Shown here: piece by piece, positions 40,707-51,881 of the stretch | Layout of the letters: each line of letters starts with the position of its first letter | How positions within the stretch are numbered: the stretch's first letter is position 1 | NCBI GenBank assembly: GCA_963840855.1 | Contig: CAWJBB010000087.1 | Span: 1 to 64,000 of the forward strand | DNA: 64,000 nt | Source of the DNA: an uncultured delta proteobacterium | GTDB taxonomy: Bacteria; Desulfobacterota; Binatia; UBA9968 | Reading direction: 5' to 3' | The notes under the pieces: generated by a model | Told to the model about the DNA's origin: nothing | The model's database searches: none | What the model saw: only the letters and a program-made list of their open reading frames with translations | Position numbers and translations under genes: made by a program

Positions 40707-41825
40707 ATGCGTCGTGTCAACTTCTTATTACTGGTGATATTTTTCCTCGGCTGCGCTGAGCGATCCGTTGCCGCTCAGGTGAAGCCCGCCTGGCAGCAGG
40801 AATGGGAGAGGACTCTCGAAGCGGCAAAGAAGGAAGGGCAGGTCGCGATCTATATAAGCGGCTATGACGCGGTGCTGCCGGACTTCGAAAAGGAATTTCC
40901 CGAGATCAAAGTTATCGCAGTGACGGGCCGCGGCAATCAGCTCGGACCGCGGCTCCTGTCCGAGCGGCGCGCGGAAAAATTTATCGCCGACGTTTCCAGC
41001 ACGGGCGCCAATCCCAACTACCAGCAATATTATCTCGGCAAAGCGCTCGATCCGATCAAGCCGGCGCTGATCCTGCCGGAAGTCACCGACCCATCGAAGT
41101 GGTATCTCAAAAAACATCAGTACTCCGATCCCGAAGGGCAGTATGTTTTCAACTACGTCGGCTCGGCGACCTATGGTTCGATCAGCTACAACACCAAACT
41201 AGTCGACGTGAAGGAGTTCAAATCCTACTGGGACCTGCTAAATCCCAAATGGAAGGGCAAGATCACCGGCCGGGACATCCGCGAAGCAGGACCCGGGGCG
41301 GGGAATACTCGCTTTTTCTACTATCATCCGGAACTGGGACCGGCGTTCATCAAAAAATTATTCGGCGAAACGGACATTTCGCTGTTCCGCGACTTTCGCC
41401 AAGGGCCGGACTGGCTGGCGACGGGCAAGTTCGCCATCTGTTTTTTCTGTGACGTCGATGTTCTGAAGCGGCAGGGATTGCCGGTGGACAGCTTCGGGCC
41501 GAAGGCGTTCAAAGAGGGTGGCGGACTGGTGCAGCAATTTGGCACGGTGGCACTGGTGAACCGCGCCCCCCATCCCAATGCCGCGAAGGTGTTCATCAAC
41601 TGGCTCCTCTCCCGCAGCGGGCAAATCGCGCTGCAGAAAAGAACCGCCAACGCCGAGAACCCGGCGGATTCGCTGCGTGTCGATATTCCCAAAGAGGAAG
41701 TGCCCTACGAGTCGCGGCGGTTGGAAGGCATCAAATATCTCGACACCGGCAAACCGGATTGGATCGAGATGAAACCGATTCTTGGCGTGGTGAATGATGC
41801 GCTGAAAGAGGCCGGAAAAAATTAA
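40707..41825 (+). CDS. ABC SBP, paralog family copy 5
   Basis: Shared family motifs; ICFFC; closest to copy 4. Confidence 0.88.
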   Translation: MRRVNFLLLVIFFLGCAERSVAAQVKPAWQQEWERTLEAAKKEGQVAIYISGYDAVLPDFEKEFPEIKVIAVTGRGNQLGPRLLSERRAEKFIADVSSTGANPNYQQYYLGKALDPIKPALILPEVTDPSKWYLKKHQYSDPEGQYVFNYVGSATYGSISYNTKLVDVKEFKSYWDLLNPKWKGKITGRDIREAGPGAGNTRFFYYHPELGPAFIKKLFGETDISLFRDFRQGPDWLATGKFAICFFCDVDVLKRQGLPVDSFGPKAFKEGGGLVQQFGTVALVNRAPHPNAAKVFINWLLSRSGQIALQKRTANAENPADSLRVDIPKEEVPYESRRLEGIKYLDTGKPDWIEMKPILGVVNDALKEAGKN

Positions 41826-41852
41826 CTGCAGAGTAAAGGAGAGGAGGACAAA

Positions 41853-42557
41853 ATGGCGACAATCAATAGCAGCCAAGTTGACGAGGTGCAGATTTTCGAT
41901 GTCGGCGAGGCGATGAAGCAGCGGGACCATCTGAGCGGTCGGGTCGATATGGCCAGATCGCCCAACAGCTTCATCGCGGTGTTTCAGACGCGGCCCCGGG
42001 GAGGCGAAACGCACATCCACCAGCACCCCGATTCCGATCAGATTCTTTACATCCTCGACGGCGAACTTACCGTGGAAGGGCTTTCGGGAAGATTTTTGCT
42101 CAAAGCCAATCAGGGCGTTTTGATCCCCGCGGGAGTTCACTATGGGTTTACCAACACGACCGAGCGGGATGTGGTCTTTTTAACTATGAGAACGGAGGCG
42201 AGCGGCGGGCGGCGGGTCGCCTACGTCGCAAACGTTCCGTCGGATATCCACGTCAAGATTCCGGCCGATGAAATCGGCGCCAAAGGATTTGGCCGGCATA
42301 TTTACGTCTATGCGATAGATCGCAGCACCATAGGGATATCTCCGCTGCTGAAGGACGAGTGGAACAAAGCGTGCCTGTTGCGCATGAATTGCGAGTACGA
42401 AAAACAGGATGGGTTCATTATCGCCAAGTTGCCGCAAAGAATGACGCAGTGGTACAAGATCGAAAAGTTGGGGGAGACTGACTATCGTCTGTTAACTGAG
42501 CCCGAGAAGGTCCGGGTCCGAATGGATCTAACGCCGCTCATAACTTCCGCCGTTTAA
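41853..42557 (+). CDS. Cupin domain protein with unrecognised C-terminal domain
   Basis: HIHQHPDSDQILYILDGE...IPAGVHYGFTN. Confidence 0.75.
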   Translation: MATINSSQVDEVQIFDVGEAMKQRDHLSGRVDMARSPNSFIAVFQTRPRGGETHIHQHPDSDQILYILDGELTVEGLSGRFLLKANQGVLIPAGVHYGFTNTTERDVVFLTMRTEASGGRRVAYVANVPSDIHVKIPADEIGAKGFGRHIYVYAIDRSTIGISPLLKDEWNKACLLRMNCEYEKQDGFIIAKLPQRMTQWYKIEKLGETDYRLLTEPEKVRVRMDLTPLITSAV

Positions 42558-42606
42558 AGTTCAACGTTCAATTCCGCACTTGAACTTTGAACCTGGAACC
42601 TTGAAC
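42552..42606. repeat. Heptamer GTTCAA/TTGAAC inverted repeat
   Basis: GTTTAAA GTTCAAC GTTCAA ... TTGAACT TTGAACC TGGAACC TTGAAC; contains the cupin stop codon. Confidence 0.75.
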
Positions 42607-42635
42607 AGACAGGGATCCGGCAAGAGAGGTAACCG

Positions 42636-43682
42636 ATGAAGATTAGAGGTTTCATTGGCGCGCTAATGGGCGCATCGCTATTGTCCCTCACTCCCCTGTG
42701 GGCCCAGGGTCTGGAGAAGCTCGCGGAGGGAGCGAAGAAGGAGGGGAAAATCAAGGTGGGGCTGACGGTTAGGTGGGAGGAGGCGGGCAAACCCGGTGCT
42801 AAAAGATTCGTGGAAGTCTTTCAAACCCGCTACCCGTTTCTCAAGGTCGAATATGAGCGGGTGGGAGGCTCGCGGGAGCGGGAGCGAGTTTTGTCCGAGC
42901 TCGCCGCCGGAAAAGTTTCCTATGACGTGACGGTGCTGAGCGAAACCCAGGTGGCCACCGCGCTGCGCGCGAACGTAGTGGAAAAAGTCGACTGGAAATC
43001 TCTCGGCGTGACGCCCACGCACGTCCATCCCGACGGCTTCGGCGTCAACTATCGTTCGCAGCTTTACGGCATCGCCTATAACCGCAAGCTCGTTACCGAT
43101 GACGTCGGGAAGAAACTCACGTGGGAGGATTGCGCGGCTCCCAAGTGGAAGAAAAAAGTCGCGATTGATTCCAGGCCGCGCCACCTGGAAATTCTTTGGC
43201 AACCCCACGTTTGGGGACGGGAAAAAACGCTCGCTCATGCGCGCCAATTGGCCGCGAACGAAACGATCTTCGAGCGCGACCGAACCGGCGCCATGACCAA
43301 ACTGGCGCTGGGCGAATATGCCATCGACTGCGGCAGTTTCTATTCGACCTATTACGAGCACACGAGGTCGGGTAAGGCAGAGCAGATCGGCTTTACCTTG
43401 GCGGAGCCCATCCCGGTCAACTTGGGAGATGTGGTTTTCATTCCCCGCGGCGCGGCGCATCTCAATGGCGCGAAACTCTGGATCGTCTGGTCGCTTTCCG
43501 AGGAGGGCCAGAAGCTATTGGACGAGGTCGAGGGAAACGGCAGCCCGCTGATCCCAGGCACCCAAACGGCCAAACTCATCAAGGGAAAAAAAGCTGCCTG
43601 GTATGAGCCGCAGTATCGGGCGAAAGCGGAGGAGATTCTCAAAGAGATTCTAGAAGCCGTCGGACTGCCCATCGTGCGCTGA
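42636..43682 (+). CDS. ABC SBP, Fe/thiamine-type (more divergent copy)
   Basis: AKKEGKI, YNRKLV, PKWKKK, HLNGAKLWIVW. Confidence 0.82.
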   Translation: MKIRGFIGALMGASLLSLTPLWAQGLEKLAEGAKKEGKIKVGLTVRWEEAGKPGAKRFVEVFQTRYPFLKVEYERVGGSRERERVLSELAAGKVSYDVTVLSETQVATALRANVVEKVDWKSLGVTPTHVHPDGFGVNYRSQLYGIAYNRKLVTDDVGKKLTWEDCAAPKWKKKVAIDSRPRHLEILWQPHVWGREKTLAHARQLAANETIFERDRTGAMTKLALGEYAIDCGSFYSTYYEHTRSGKAEQIGFTLAEPIPVNLGDVVFIPRGAAHLNGAKLWIVWSLSEEGQKLLDEVEGNGSPLIPGTQTAKLIKGKKAAWYEPQYRAKAEEILKEILEAVGLPIVR

Positions 43683-43696
43683 CCATCCTTACGGCA

Positions 43697-43757
43697 GTTC
43701 AAGGTTCAAAGTTTAAGGTTCAAGGGCAGAACCGAGTTAAAGCATTGAACGTTGAGC
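43697..43757. repeat. Heptamer GTTCAA/TTGAAC inverted repeat
   Basis: GTTCAAG GTTCAAA GTTTAAG GTTCAAG ... TTGAACG TTGAGC. Confidence 0.7.
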
Positions 43758-43768
43758 GTTCATTTCCA

Positions 43769-45496
43769 ATGTGGAAAGGGAGGCTGTCGAGCGGCTCGAT
43801 TTTCTTTTTCATCTTCGTCGTCGGAATTCTTCTCTGGCTCATTCTGATTCCCCTGGGGCAGATGGTGATCAGCAGCTTTCGCTCCGGTCATCCCGCCGCG
43901 CCCGGACCGTTCACCTTTAGCAATTATCTCGTTGCTTACACGAACCCTCTGACCTATCGGATGATTCTCAACACGTTGGTTTTTGCCGGCGGAGGCACGG
44001 CGATTACGGTTTTCATCGCTGTGTTTTTCACCTGGCTGCTCGAGCGCACCGATATGCCGCTGCGCAATTTGTGCTGGACCTTGCTGCTTATCCCGTTGGC
44101 GATGCCCGGACTGCTCTTCTCCATGTCCTACGTGCTTCTTTTTATGCCCAAGAGCGGCATCATCAATGTTTTCATCCGTGATCTCTTCGGCAGCTTCGGC
44201 GTGGAGCTTTCTGAAGGACCGATTAACATCTATTCCCTCGGCGGGATGATCTTCCTCGACGGGATGCGCGGCGTGACGACGGTATTTCTTCTTATCACCG
44301 GCGCTTTTCGCATGATGGATCCCGGTCTTGAGGAAGCCTCATTCGCGGCGGGAGCAAAAAATTGGACCACGGTCCGGCGAGTCACCCTGCCGGTCTTGCG
44401 GCCGGCGCTCCTCGCCGCCGTCTTGTATGAGTTCACCTCTTCGATGGAATCCTTCGAAGCTCCTCTGGTCGTCGGCCTTCCCGGCCGCGTCTTTGTTTAC
44501 AGCACGATGATCTATATCTCCACTCGCGACGCGATTCCCAACTACGGCTTGGGCGCGGCCTTTGCCGGAAGCTATTTTCTGATGGCGCTCGTGCTGGTCT
44601 ATTTTTACCAGCGCGCCACTCTATGGCAGGCCGAGCGCTTTGCCACCGTGACCGGCAAGGGATTTCGGCCTCACACCCTGGCATTGGGCCGTTGGCGCTA
44701 CCCGGCTCTCGGTCTCTTCGTGCTCTATTTTATTTTGGCTGTCGCTCTTCCTCTAGGCGTGCTGATCTGGACCTCGCTCCTGCCGGTTTATCAGCCGCCA
44801 TCGATGAAGGTACTCTCCGAATTGTCCTGGACTCACTATCACGGGATACTTTCCGGCCCGCTGATTCTGCGTGCGATGTGGAACACCGTGATCATCACTC
44901 TGTTCGCGGCCACGGCAACAGTGCTCCTGGCGTTCGCCGTCTCCTGGTTGGTGGTTCGAACTAAGGTCAAGGGACGATATGCTCTGGACAGCCTTTTGTT
45001 CGCCTCCCACGCCGTGCCTGGAATCGTCGTGGCCCTCTCTTTTATTTTTCTTTATCTCGAGCCGCCGTTTCGCTCCCTCGGCCTTTACGGCACGGTGTGG
45101 ATCGTCTCCCTCGCGCTGATTACGCAGTACATTGCGTTTGCGTCTAGAACCACCAACGCCGCGATCACCCAAATTCACAAGGAGTTGGAAGAAGCAGGGG
45201 AAGTTAGCGGCGCGAGCCCGCTGCGGGTCGCTTGGCAAATCACCTTTCCACTCATCCGCCCCGCCTTTATCGCCGCCTGGCTGTGGGTGGCGGCGCACGC
45301 CGTGAGGGCGTTCTCTGTGCCCTTGATGCTCGCCAGCAGAGACAGCTGGCCTTTGTCGGTCATGCTCTGGCATCTTTGGGACGAAGAGCAAAATCTGCCG
45401 GCAGCCGCCGCCTTGGGAGTGGTATTGATCCTGGTGCTGACGGGTTTGACTTTGCTTGCGCGGGTTGTGGTCGCCAAAGGATTCGAGCAAACGTAG
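43769..45496 (+). CDS. FbpB-type ABC permease (two TM domains)
   Basis: Two EEA loops (MDPGLEEASFAAGA; HKELEEAGEVSGA); ERTDMP; TVTGKG. Confidence 0.9.
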   Translation: MWKGRLSSGSIFFFIFVVGILLWLILIPLGQMVISSFRSGHPAAPGPFTFSNYLVAYTNPLTYRMILNTLVFAGGGTAITVFIAVFFTWLLERTDMPLRNLCWTLLLIPLAMPGLLFSMSYVLLFMPKSGIINVFIRDLFGSFGVELSEGPINIYSLGGMIFLDGMRGVTTVFLLITGAFRMMDPGLEEASFAAGAKNWTTVRRVTLPVLRPALLAAVLYEFTSSMESFEAPLVVGLPGRVFVYSTMIYISTRDAIPNYGLGAAFAGSYFLMALVLVYFYQRATLWQAERFATVTGKGFRPHTLALGRWRYPALGLFVLYFILAVALPLGVLIWTSLLPVYQPPSMKVLSELSWTHYHGILSGPLILRAMWNTVIITLFAATATVLLAFAVSWLVVRTKVKGRYALDSLLFASHAVPGIVVALSFIFLYLEPPFRSLGLYGTVWIVSLALITQYIAFASRTTNAAITQIHKELEEAGEVSGASPLRVAWQITFPLIRPAFIAAWLWVAAHAVRAFSVPLMLASRDSWPLSVMLWHLWDEEQNLPAAAALGVVLILVLTGLTLLARVVVAKGFEQT

Positions 45497-45541
45497 AGAC
45501 GTGTAGAATTCTTGTTACAGACGGGAGGTCGGGTGCTAAAC

Positions 45542-45693
45542 AGACTGTTGAAAAACGCTTTCCGATGCTTCGACCCTTCGACTTCGGTTAGGACAGGTAG
45601 GCTCAGCATGAACGGAAAATCATCAAGAATTTCACCCCCGACCCGTTCGCCCTGAGCGTGTCGAAGGGCTCCGAATCAAACTCGCAACAGTCT
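45542..45693. repeat. Nested palindromic element
   Basis: Outer AGACTGTTG...CAACAGTCT; inner CTTCGAC...GCTCAGCATGAACGG / CCGTTCGCCCTGAGCGTGTCGAAGGG; a further inserted CCTTCGACTTCGGTTAGGACAGG. Confidence 0.72.
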
Positions 45694-45741
45694 CCCAGCG
45701 AGAGGGAACAAACCGAAAACGAGCACATCTGAGGGAAACCC

Positions 45742-46747
45742 ATGAAGAAAAAAATCACGGGCCTTACTCTTTGCGCCATGCTCTATGCGCTTTGCTTGTC
45801 TGTCGACGCGCAGCAGCCGAAGAAGGTCCCACGGATAGGGTATCTATCGTCGGCCGACCCAGCTAGTGAGTCCACCCGTTCCGAGCCATTTCGGCTGGCT
45901 CTGCGCGAGCTTGGTCACATAGAAGGACAGAACATGGCCATCGAGTACCGATATGCGGAGGGGAAGAACGATCGGCTCCCTGAGCTTGCGGCTGAGCTGG
46001 TGCGTCTCAAGGTTGATATCATCGTAACAGGAGGGGTCCCGCTGGTCCGGGCGGCCAAGAATGCGACCAAAACAATTCCCATCGTTATGTTGGGCCAAGG
46101 GGCCGATCCTGTCGAGGCAGGCTTAGTTGATAGCCTTGCCCGTCCCGGCGGCAACGTCACCGGCCTTACAAACCTTGGCAGAGAACTAGGCGGTAAACGG
46201 CTGGAGCTGCTCAAGGAAGCCGTTCCCAAAGTTGCCGGTGTCGCGGTTCTCTACGAGCCGGCCGTCCGGGCAGTGTACGCGAGGTGAAAGAGATTCTCCC
46301 AGTCGCGGCGCGCGCGCTGCGGTTGACTATTCGGTCTTGGGAGGTACGAGCTGTGGACGATTTCGACAGGGTATTCGCTGCGCTAAACAAGCAGCGCCCG
46401 GATGGACTCTACGTGCTGCCCGGCGGGGGCCCGCTAATGTTTGCTAACGCAAAACGGATCGCGGGCTTTGCCGTTAAAGAGCCGGTTACCGTCGGTGTAC
46501 AGCATCAGAGAATCTGTAGATGCCGGCGGGCTCATGTACTACGGAGCGGATCTCGCAGACAACTACCGGCGCGCCGCCTATTATGTGGACAGAATCCTCA
46601 AGGGAGCCAAGCCTGCCGACCTGCCGGTGGAGCAGCCGAAGAAGTTCGAGCTAGTGATCAACCTCAAGACGGCGAAACAGATCGGCCTGACGATTCCGCC
46701 GAATGATGTAGCGGGCGGATAGGGTGATCAAAGAGGCGCCGGGATAA
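45742..46747 (+). pseudogene. COG2984-type ABC substrate-binding protein with several frameshifts
   Basis: KVPRIGYL...SLARPGGNVTG...KRLELLKE; GGLMYYG...KPADLPVEQP...INLKTAK; terminal RADRVIKEAPG* spread over several frames. Confidence 0.8.
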
Positions 46748-46752
46748 ACGGC

Positions 46753-48647
46753 ATGGAGTAGCGGATGAGAGAGCCGCACAAGAAAGGAGTAGCGCACCAT
46801 TTTGGCTCCGAGTCATGCGTCTGGGTCCGCAAGGACGCGGGCGAAGCGTTGACAGGGGTACACACAGGCCAGGTATGGAGCTCCGAAATCACCACTTCGG
46901 TGTGCCGACCTTGTTTTGATATGGGGAAGGCAACATGAAGGGCAGCGATAGGCGCGAGCGGTCCTTCGACACCGCGGAGTCAGAGACCCTAGGCATGTGG
47001 GGAAACTCCATGCGCGAGAACCGGGAGGCCCTGCAGACGCCCACACTGGATGGCAGTGCGGGACGGTCGAAGAAGGCCAAAAGCCGTAATTTCGACATGC
47101 ACGTTTGTGGGGAGTCGGACGGCCTCGTAGTACCAACGAAGCGGGCGAACAAAGCCGACGCGTATGCGTTGGTAGCGGAGTCCGCAGAGGAAAGGAGGTC
47201 GACCAAGGGGAACGCACCACAAGCGCACTCGCGCCGGACCCAGAGCCGGGGATGCGAGTCACAGGGTTTGTGGCGCGTACGACAAGCGGCAAGAAGGGAT
47301 AGGCGGATACGGTTTACCGCCCTGCTTCATCACGTGACGCCACAGTTGCTCAGGGCGAGCTATTGGGAATTGAATCGTTTAGCTGCGCCAGGCATTGATG
47401 GTGAGACGTGGAAGGACTACCGCGTGCAGATGGAGGTCCGAATCTTAACCTTCACGAGCGGGTGAACGCGGGACCTATCGGGCTAAGCCGTCCAAGCGCG
47501 CATGGATTCTGAAAGCGGTGGACAACGACTCCTGGGGATCGCGGCGCTGGAGGACAAGATCGTCCAGCAGGCTGTGCGGCGGGTGCTCGAAGAAATCTTC
47601 GAGGTAGAGTTCCTAGGTTTGAGCTACGGATTTCGGCCTGGGCGCAGTGCGCACGACGGCTTGGACGCGCTATGGGTGGGCTTGATGGGGCGGCGGATAA
47701 ACTGGGTGCTCGATTGTGACATTCGTGGATTCTTTAACCCATCGTGCACGAGTGGCTGATGAAGTTTATCGAGCATCGAGTGGGGGATCGTCGGGTACTG
47801 CGCCTGATACGGAAATGGCTTCGGGCGGGAGTATCTGAAGAGGGCGAGTGGTCCAAGACGGTAGTGGGAACACCGCAGGGATCTTTGATTTCACCGTTTC
47901 TAGCGAATTGTACCTGCACTACGTGTTGGATTTGTGGGTGACACACTGGCGCAAGCACCATGCGCAGGGTGACGTTATCGTGGTGCGTTACGCGGACGAT
48001 TTCGTCATGGGTTTCCAACATCGGTTGGAGGCTGAGCGCTGCCTACAGGAGTTTAGAGAGCGAGTTGGGAAGTTCGGCTTGGAATTGCACCCAGAGAAGA
48101 CCCGGCTGATTGAGTTCGACTCTTTGCGGCCGTGCGTAAATCGGAAACGGGACTGGGCAAACCGGAGACGTTCTCGTTTTTGGGCTTCACGCATTACTGC
48201 GGGGAGACTCGGAAGGGAGCGTTTACGATCAAGCGGCAGTCCATGGCCAAGCGCATGCGCGCGAAGCTATTGGAGATCAAAGCGCAGCTCAAGAGGCACC
48301 TGCACAGTACGGTGGCCGAAATGGGCGCGTGGCTGCGATCAGTGGTTCGGGGATGGCTTAACTATCATGCGGTACCTGGAAACAGTGCTAGTCTGGGCAG
48401 GTTCCGCAACGAGGTGGGCCGCATCTGGTTTGGCGTTTTGCGGCGGCGCAGTCAGAAATTTCGTCGCAGACGTTGGCAATACATGGCACGGCTGATTCGC
48501 TACTGGCTCCCTCCCGCGCGGATAGTGCATCCATATCCCAACGAGCGGCTGGTCGTCACATGAACCCGAGGTAAGAGCCGTATGAGGGAATTCTTCACGT
48601 ACGGATCCGTGCGGGGGGCCGCTCGCAAGGGCGGTCCCTACCGCGAC
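46753..48647 (+). mobile_element. Group II intron, apparently 5'-truncated
   Basis: Domain I-like CGAAGCGTTGACAGGGG; domain V GAGCCGTATGAGGGAATTCTTCACGTACGGATC (48575-48607); domain VI ending CCCTACCGCGAC; no GTGCG 5' end found. Confidence 0.85.
47097..48563 (+). pseudogene. Group II intron reverse transcriptase/maturase, multiply frameshifted
   Basis: FTALLHH, APGIDG, LEDKIVQ, SYGFRPGRS, DIRGFF, GTPQG, RYADDF, FLGFTH, GWLNYH in different frames; no endonuclease domain. Confidence 0.88.
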
Positions 48648-48794
48648 TGATGAAGAAGGCATGAGGCGCGAGGCAAGAGGCAATAGTATGAGAAGGAAGA
48701 ATGCCAGATAACGATTTTGGATGGGCAGAAATATTCTGGCGGATTTTAAAGGACATGCGAGAAAAATTCTGATAATTGCGATGGAGATTTATAA

Positions 48795-50234
48795 ATGGCA
48801 ACAAATTCATCGTTAGCCTACAAAGACTTGCGTGAGTATATTGATGCCGTGGATCAAGCTCGGGCGAGCTGCGCCGCGTCGACGGCGCCGATTGGGATTT
48901 AGAACTTGGTGCGATCACCGAGGTGGCGGCGCGGGCGGCGAATCCGAAGGTCGTTCTCTTCGATCACATCAAGGGATATCCCAAAGGGTTTCGCGTCGTG
49001 ACCAATCCCGTCTGCTCGGCTGCGACGACCGCTCTGGCATTCGGTCTCGATCCGAAACTCACCGGCCTCGACATCATTCGCGCGTGGAAGGAAAAGCTCG
49101 GCAGCCAGAAGCCGATCAAGCCCGTCGAAGTTTCGGATGGTCCGATCACGGAAAACGTTGAAAGCGGCGACAAGGTCGACTTGCTGAAGTTCCCGACGCC
49201 GCGCTGGCACGAGGAAGACGGCGGGCGGTATATCGGCACGGGCTGCATGGTGATCATGGAAGACCCGGACGGCAAGTGGACCAACGTCGGCACCTACCGG
49301 GTTTGCGTGCATGATAAAGACACGCTGGGGATCTGGATTTCGCCTGGCAAACATGGGCGGCTGATTCGAGAAAAGTATTGGGCGCAAGGTAAACCTTGTC
49401 CGGTGGTGATCAGCTTCGGCCAAGATCCGATTCTCGCCAAAGTGGCCAGCTGGTATGAGCCCTGGGGCGTTTCCGAGTTGGAGATCGCCGGTTGGCTCTT
49501 CGGCGAGCCGGTCAAAGTGATTCGCGGCGAGCTAACGGGCTTGCCGATTCCCGCGACATCAGAGTTGGCGGTCGAAGGACTTATCGTTCCTCCTAGCGAG
49601 GACAGTCGCGCGGAAGGTCCGTTCGGCGAGTGGACGGGCTATTATGCTTCCGGCACACGCAACGAGCCGGTGGTGAAGGTCAAGAATGTTTTCTATCGCA
49701 AAGATCCGATAATTTTAGGCATGCCGCCGGGGATCTCCGGCAAATCGGTGCCGTTGAGCGCCGCGAATGTCTGGTTGCGCTGGAAAAAGCGGGCGTGACT
49801 GACGTGCAAGGCGTGTGGGAGTACGTGACTCGATATATCACGGTGATCTCGATCAAGCAGAAATACGGCGGCCACGTAAAGCGCGCGGCGATGGCGATGC
49901 TCGGTTCGACTTACGGTTATCACCGCCGATTCGTTATCATCGTCGATGACGACGTCGATCCTTCAAACATCGACGATGTCCTGTGGGCGTTGGCGACGCG
50001 TTGCGACCCGGCGACGGCGATCAATGTCATTACCGAAGCCTGGAGCACGCCGCTCGACCCGCGCATTGCGCCGGATGCGCGGGCAGCGCGCAACTTCACG
50101 AATTCAGTCGCGGTTATTAACGCTTGCCAGCCGTATCATTGGAAGGATCAGTACGCGAAGACCTGCTACTTCCCGGAAGAAACGCGGCAAGCAAGACGTA
50201 TGCGAAGTGGAAGGATGTATTAAGATTGGAGTGA
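48795..50234 (+). CDS. UbiD-family (prFMN) decarboxylase, at least three apparent frameshifts
   Basis: YKDLREYI...GELRRVDGADWDLELGAI; GRYIGT; NVGTYR; EGPFGEWTGYY; VDDDVDP...WALATRCDP. Confidence 0.85.
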
Positions 50235-50295
50235 TGGAGTGATCGAGTAATGGACCGCTTGTAATGTGGCACTGCCATGCTCCTGACGCTCAAAA

Positions 50296-50385
50296 CGTCA
50301 TTCCGGCCAAGCTGGCGGAAGCTAGCGCGAGCCGGAATCCAGGATATCCGAAATCGCCTGGATGCCCGCTTTCGCGAGCATGACG
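50296..50385. repeat. REP-like GTCATTCC...ATGACG element
   Basis: CGTCATTCCGGC...GCCGGAATCCAGG...CCTGGATGCCCGCTTTCGCGAGCATGACG. Confidence 0.75.
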
Positions 50386-50443
50386 ACAAGGGAACTTTGA
50401 ATTGTTAATTGCGTTTCTGGAGCGCAAAAAACTGGACGATGAG

Positions 50444-51598
50444 ATGAAAACCGAAAAATTTATGCTTTGGTATCGGAGAGTCTGGTTTTTGATCATGTTC
50501 ACCGGCTCGTTGTGCACGCAGCTTTCTTCCTTGGCATTTGCCGCCGCGGCGGAATCCTGGAACGTTGAGTGGGAGAAAACGCTGGCCGCGGCGAAAAAGG
50601 AGGGTGAGATTTCCTTCTACGGCAGCGAGGGTTACGAAAAGATCTTCGAGGTGTTTCAAAAAAGATACCCGGAGATCAAAGTCAAATCCAACACCACCCG
50701 CCGCGGCAGCGAGCATGGCCAGGCGGTGATGACTGAGCGCCGCGCGGGGCAATATTTGGTGGATTTATTTATCAACGGAGTGGTGACGCCGAACACCGTT
50801 TTCTATAAGGCCAACATCCTCGAGCCGATCCGGCCGCAGCTCCTTCTGCCGGAAGTCGTCGACGAATCGAAGTGGTGGGGCGGCAAGCATCACTACGCGG
50901 ACCCTGAAGGGAAGTATATTTTCGTTTTTCAGGGCAGCGTGCACGGCGGCGAGAACGCCTACAACACCAAACTGGTGAACCCAAAAGAATTCAAATCCTA
51001 TTGGGATTTTCTCGATCCGAAATGGAAAGGCAAAATCGTTGCCTACGATGTCAGCCGCGTGAGCACGGTGGCGCACTCGTTGCGATTTCTGTTCAACCAT
51101 CCTGACCTTGGGCCGGATTTTATTAAACGATTTTTTGGCGACATGGATATCACCTATTCGCGCGACGAACGGCAAATGGTCGACTGGCTTGCCGCGGGGA
51201 AGTTTCCCGTGGCATTTTTTGTGAGCGACATCGAGGACGCCGCGAAACAGGGGTTGCCGGTGAAGTTTTTCGAGCCGGGGCAGTTTAAGGAGGGGGCGTT
51301 CGTCGGGCCGTCCCAAGGCGGGGTCAATCTATTCAAAAACGCGCCGCATCCCAATGCCGCGAAAGTGGCGATCAACTGGCTATTGTCCCGTGAAGGACAG
51401 GACGCTTACCAGAAAGTCTACGCGCAGCTGCACGACGTCCGGCAATCGATGCGCGAAGATATATCCATGGACGTGATCCCGCCGAACTACCGGCGCCAAA
51501 AAGGAGTGAAATATATTTACGCGGGCCGTCCGGAGTGGTTGGATATGGGAGCCGTGACCAAGTTAATCAAAGAGGCGCAGCAGGCCGCCAAGAAATAG
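50444..51598 (+). CDS. ABC SBP, paralog family copy 6
   Basis: Shared family motifs; CxxC absent (VAFFV). Confidence 0.88.
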   Translation: MKTEKFMLWYRRVWFLIMFTGSLCTQLSSLAFAAAAESWNVEWEKTLAAAKKEGEISFYGSEGYEKIFEVFQKRYPEIKVKSNTTRRGSEHGQAVMTERRAGQYLVDLFINGVVTPNTVFYKANILEPIRPQLLLPEVVDESKWWGGKHHYADPEGKYIFVFQGSVHGGENAYNTKLVNPKEFKSYWDFLDPKWKGKIVAYDVSRVSTVAHSLRFLFNHPDLGPDFIKRFFGDMDITYSRDERQMVDWLAAGKFPVAFFVSDIEDAAKQGLPVKFFEPGQFKEGAFVGPSQGGVNLFKNAPHPNAAKVAINWLLSREGQDAYQKVYAQLHDVRQSMREDISMDVIPPNYRRQKGVKYIYAGRPEWLDMGAVTKLIKEAQQAAKK

Positions 51599-51632
51599 AT
51601 CGATGATGTAGGGGCAACCAAAAGTTGGACTA

Positions 51633-51808
51633 TCTCGCGAAGGCGCAAAGGCGCAAAGGGCGAGCGGTGTCATTTCGAACCCGTTCGGCCAAGCTCAGGG
51701 TAAACTCCGAGAGAAATCCTTCTTAGATCCCTAGCATTCGCTCGGGATGACAGGCCTCTCGCCCGTCACTTGGGCTTCGACTAAGCTGAGATGCTCGTTT
51801 GCGCGAGA
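51633..51808. repeat. Multiply nested palindromic element
   Basis: TCTCGCGAAGGCGCAAAG...TTTGCGCGAGA enclosing GGGCGAG...CTCGCCC, enclosing TGTCATTTCGA...CGGGATGACA, enclosing TTCGGCCAAGCTCAGGGTAAACTCCG. Confidence 0.7.
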
Positions 51809-51881
51809 ATGGCGTTCTGGGATAGGGCGCATTGCGACGCGAAAACTTTCAGCGTAGCAATGCAAAGAAAGTAGGACGCAT

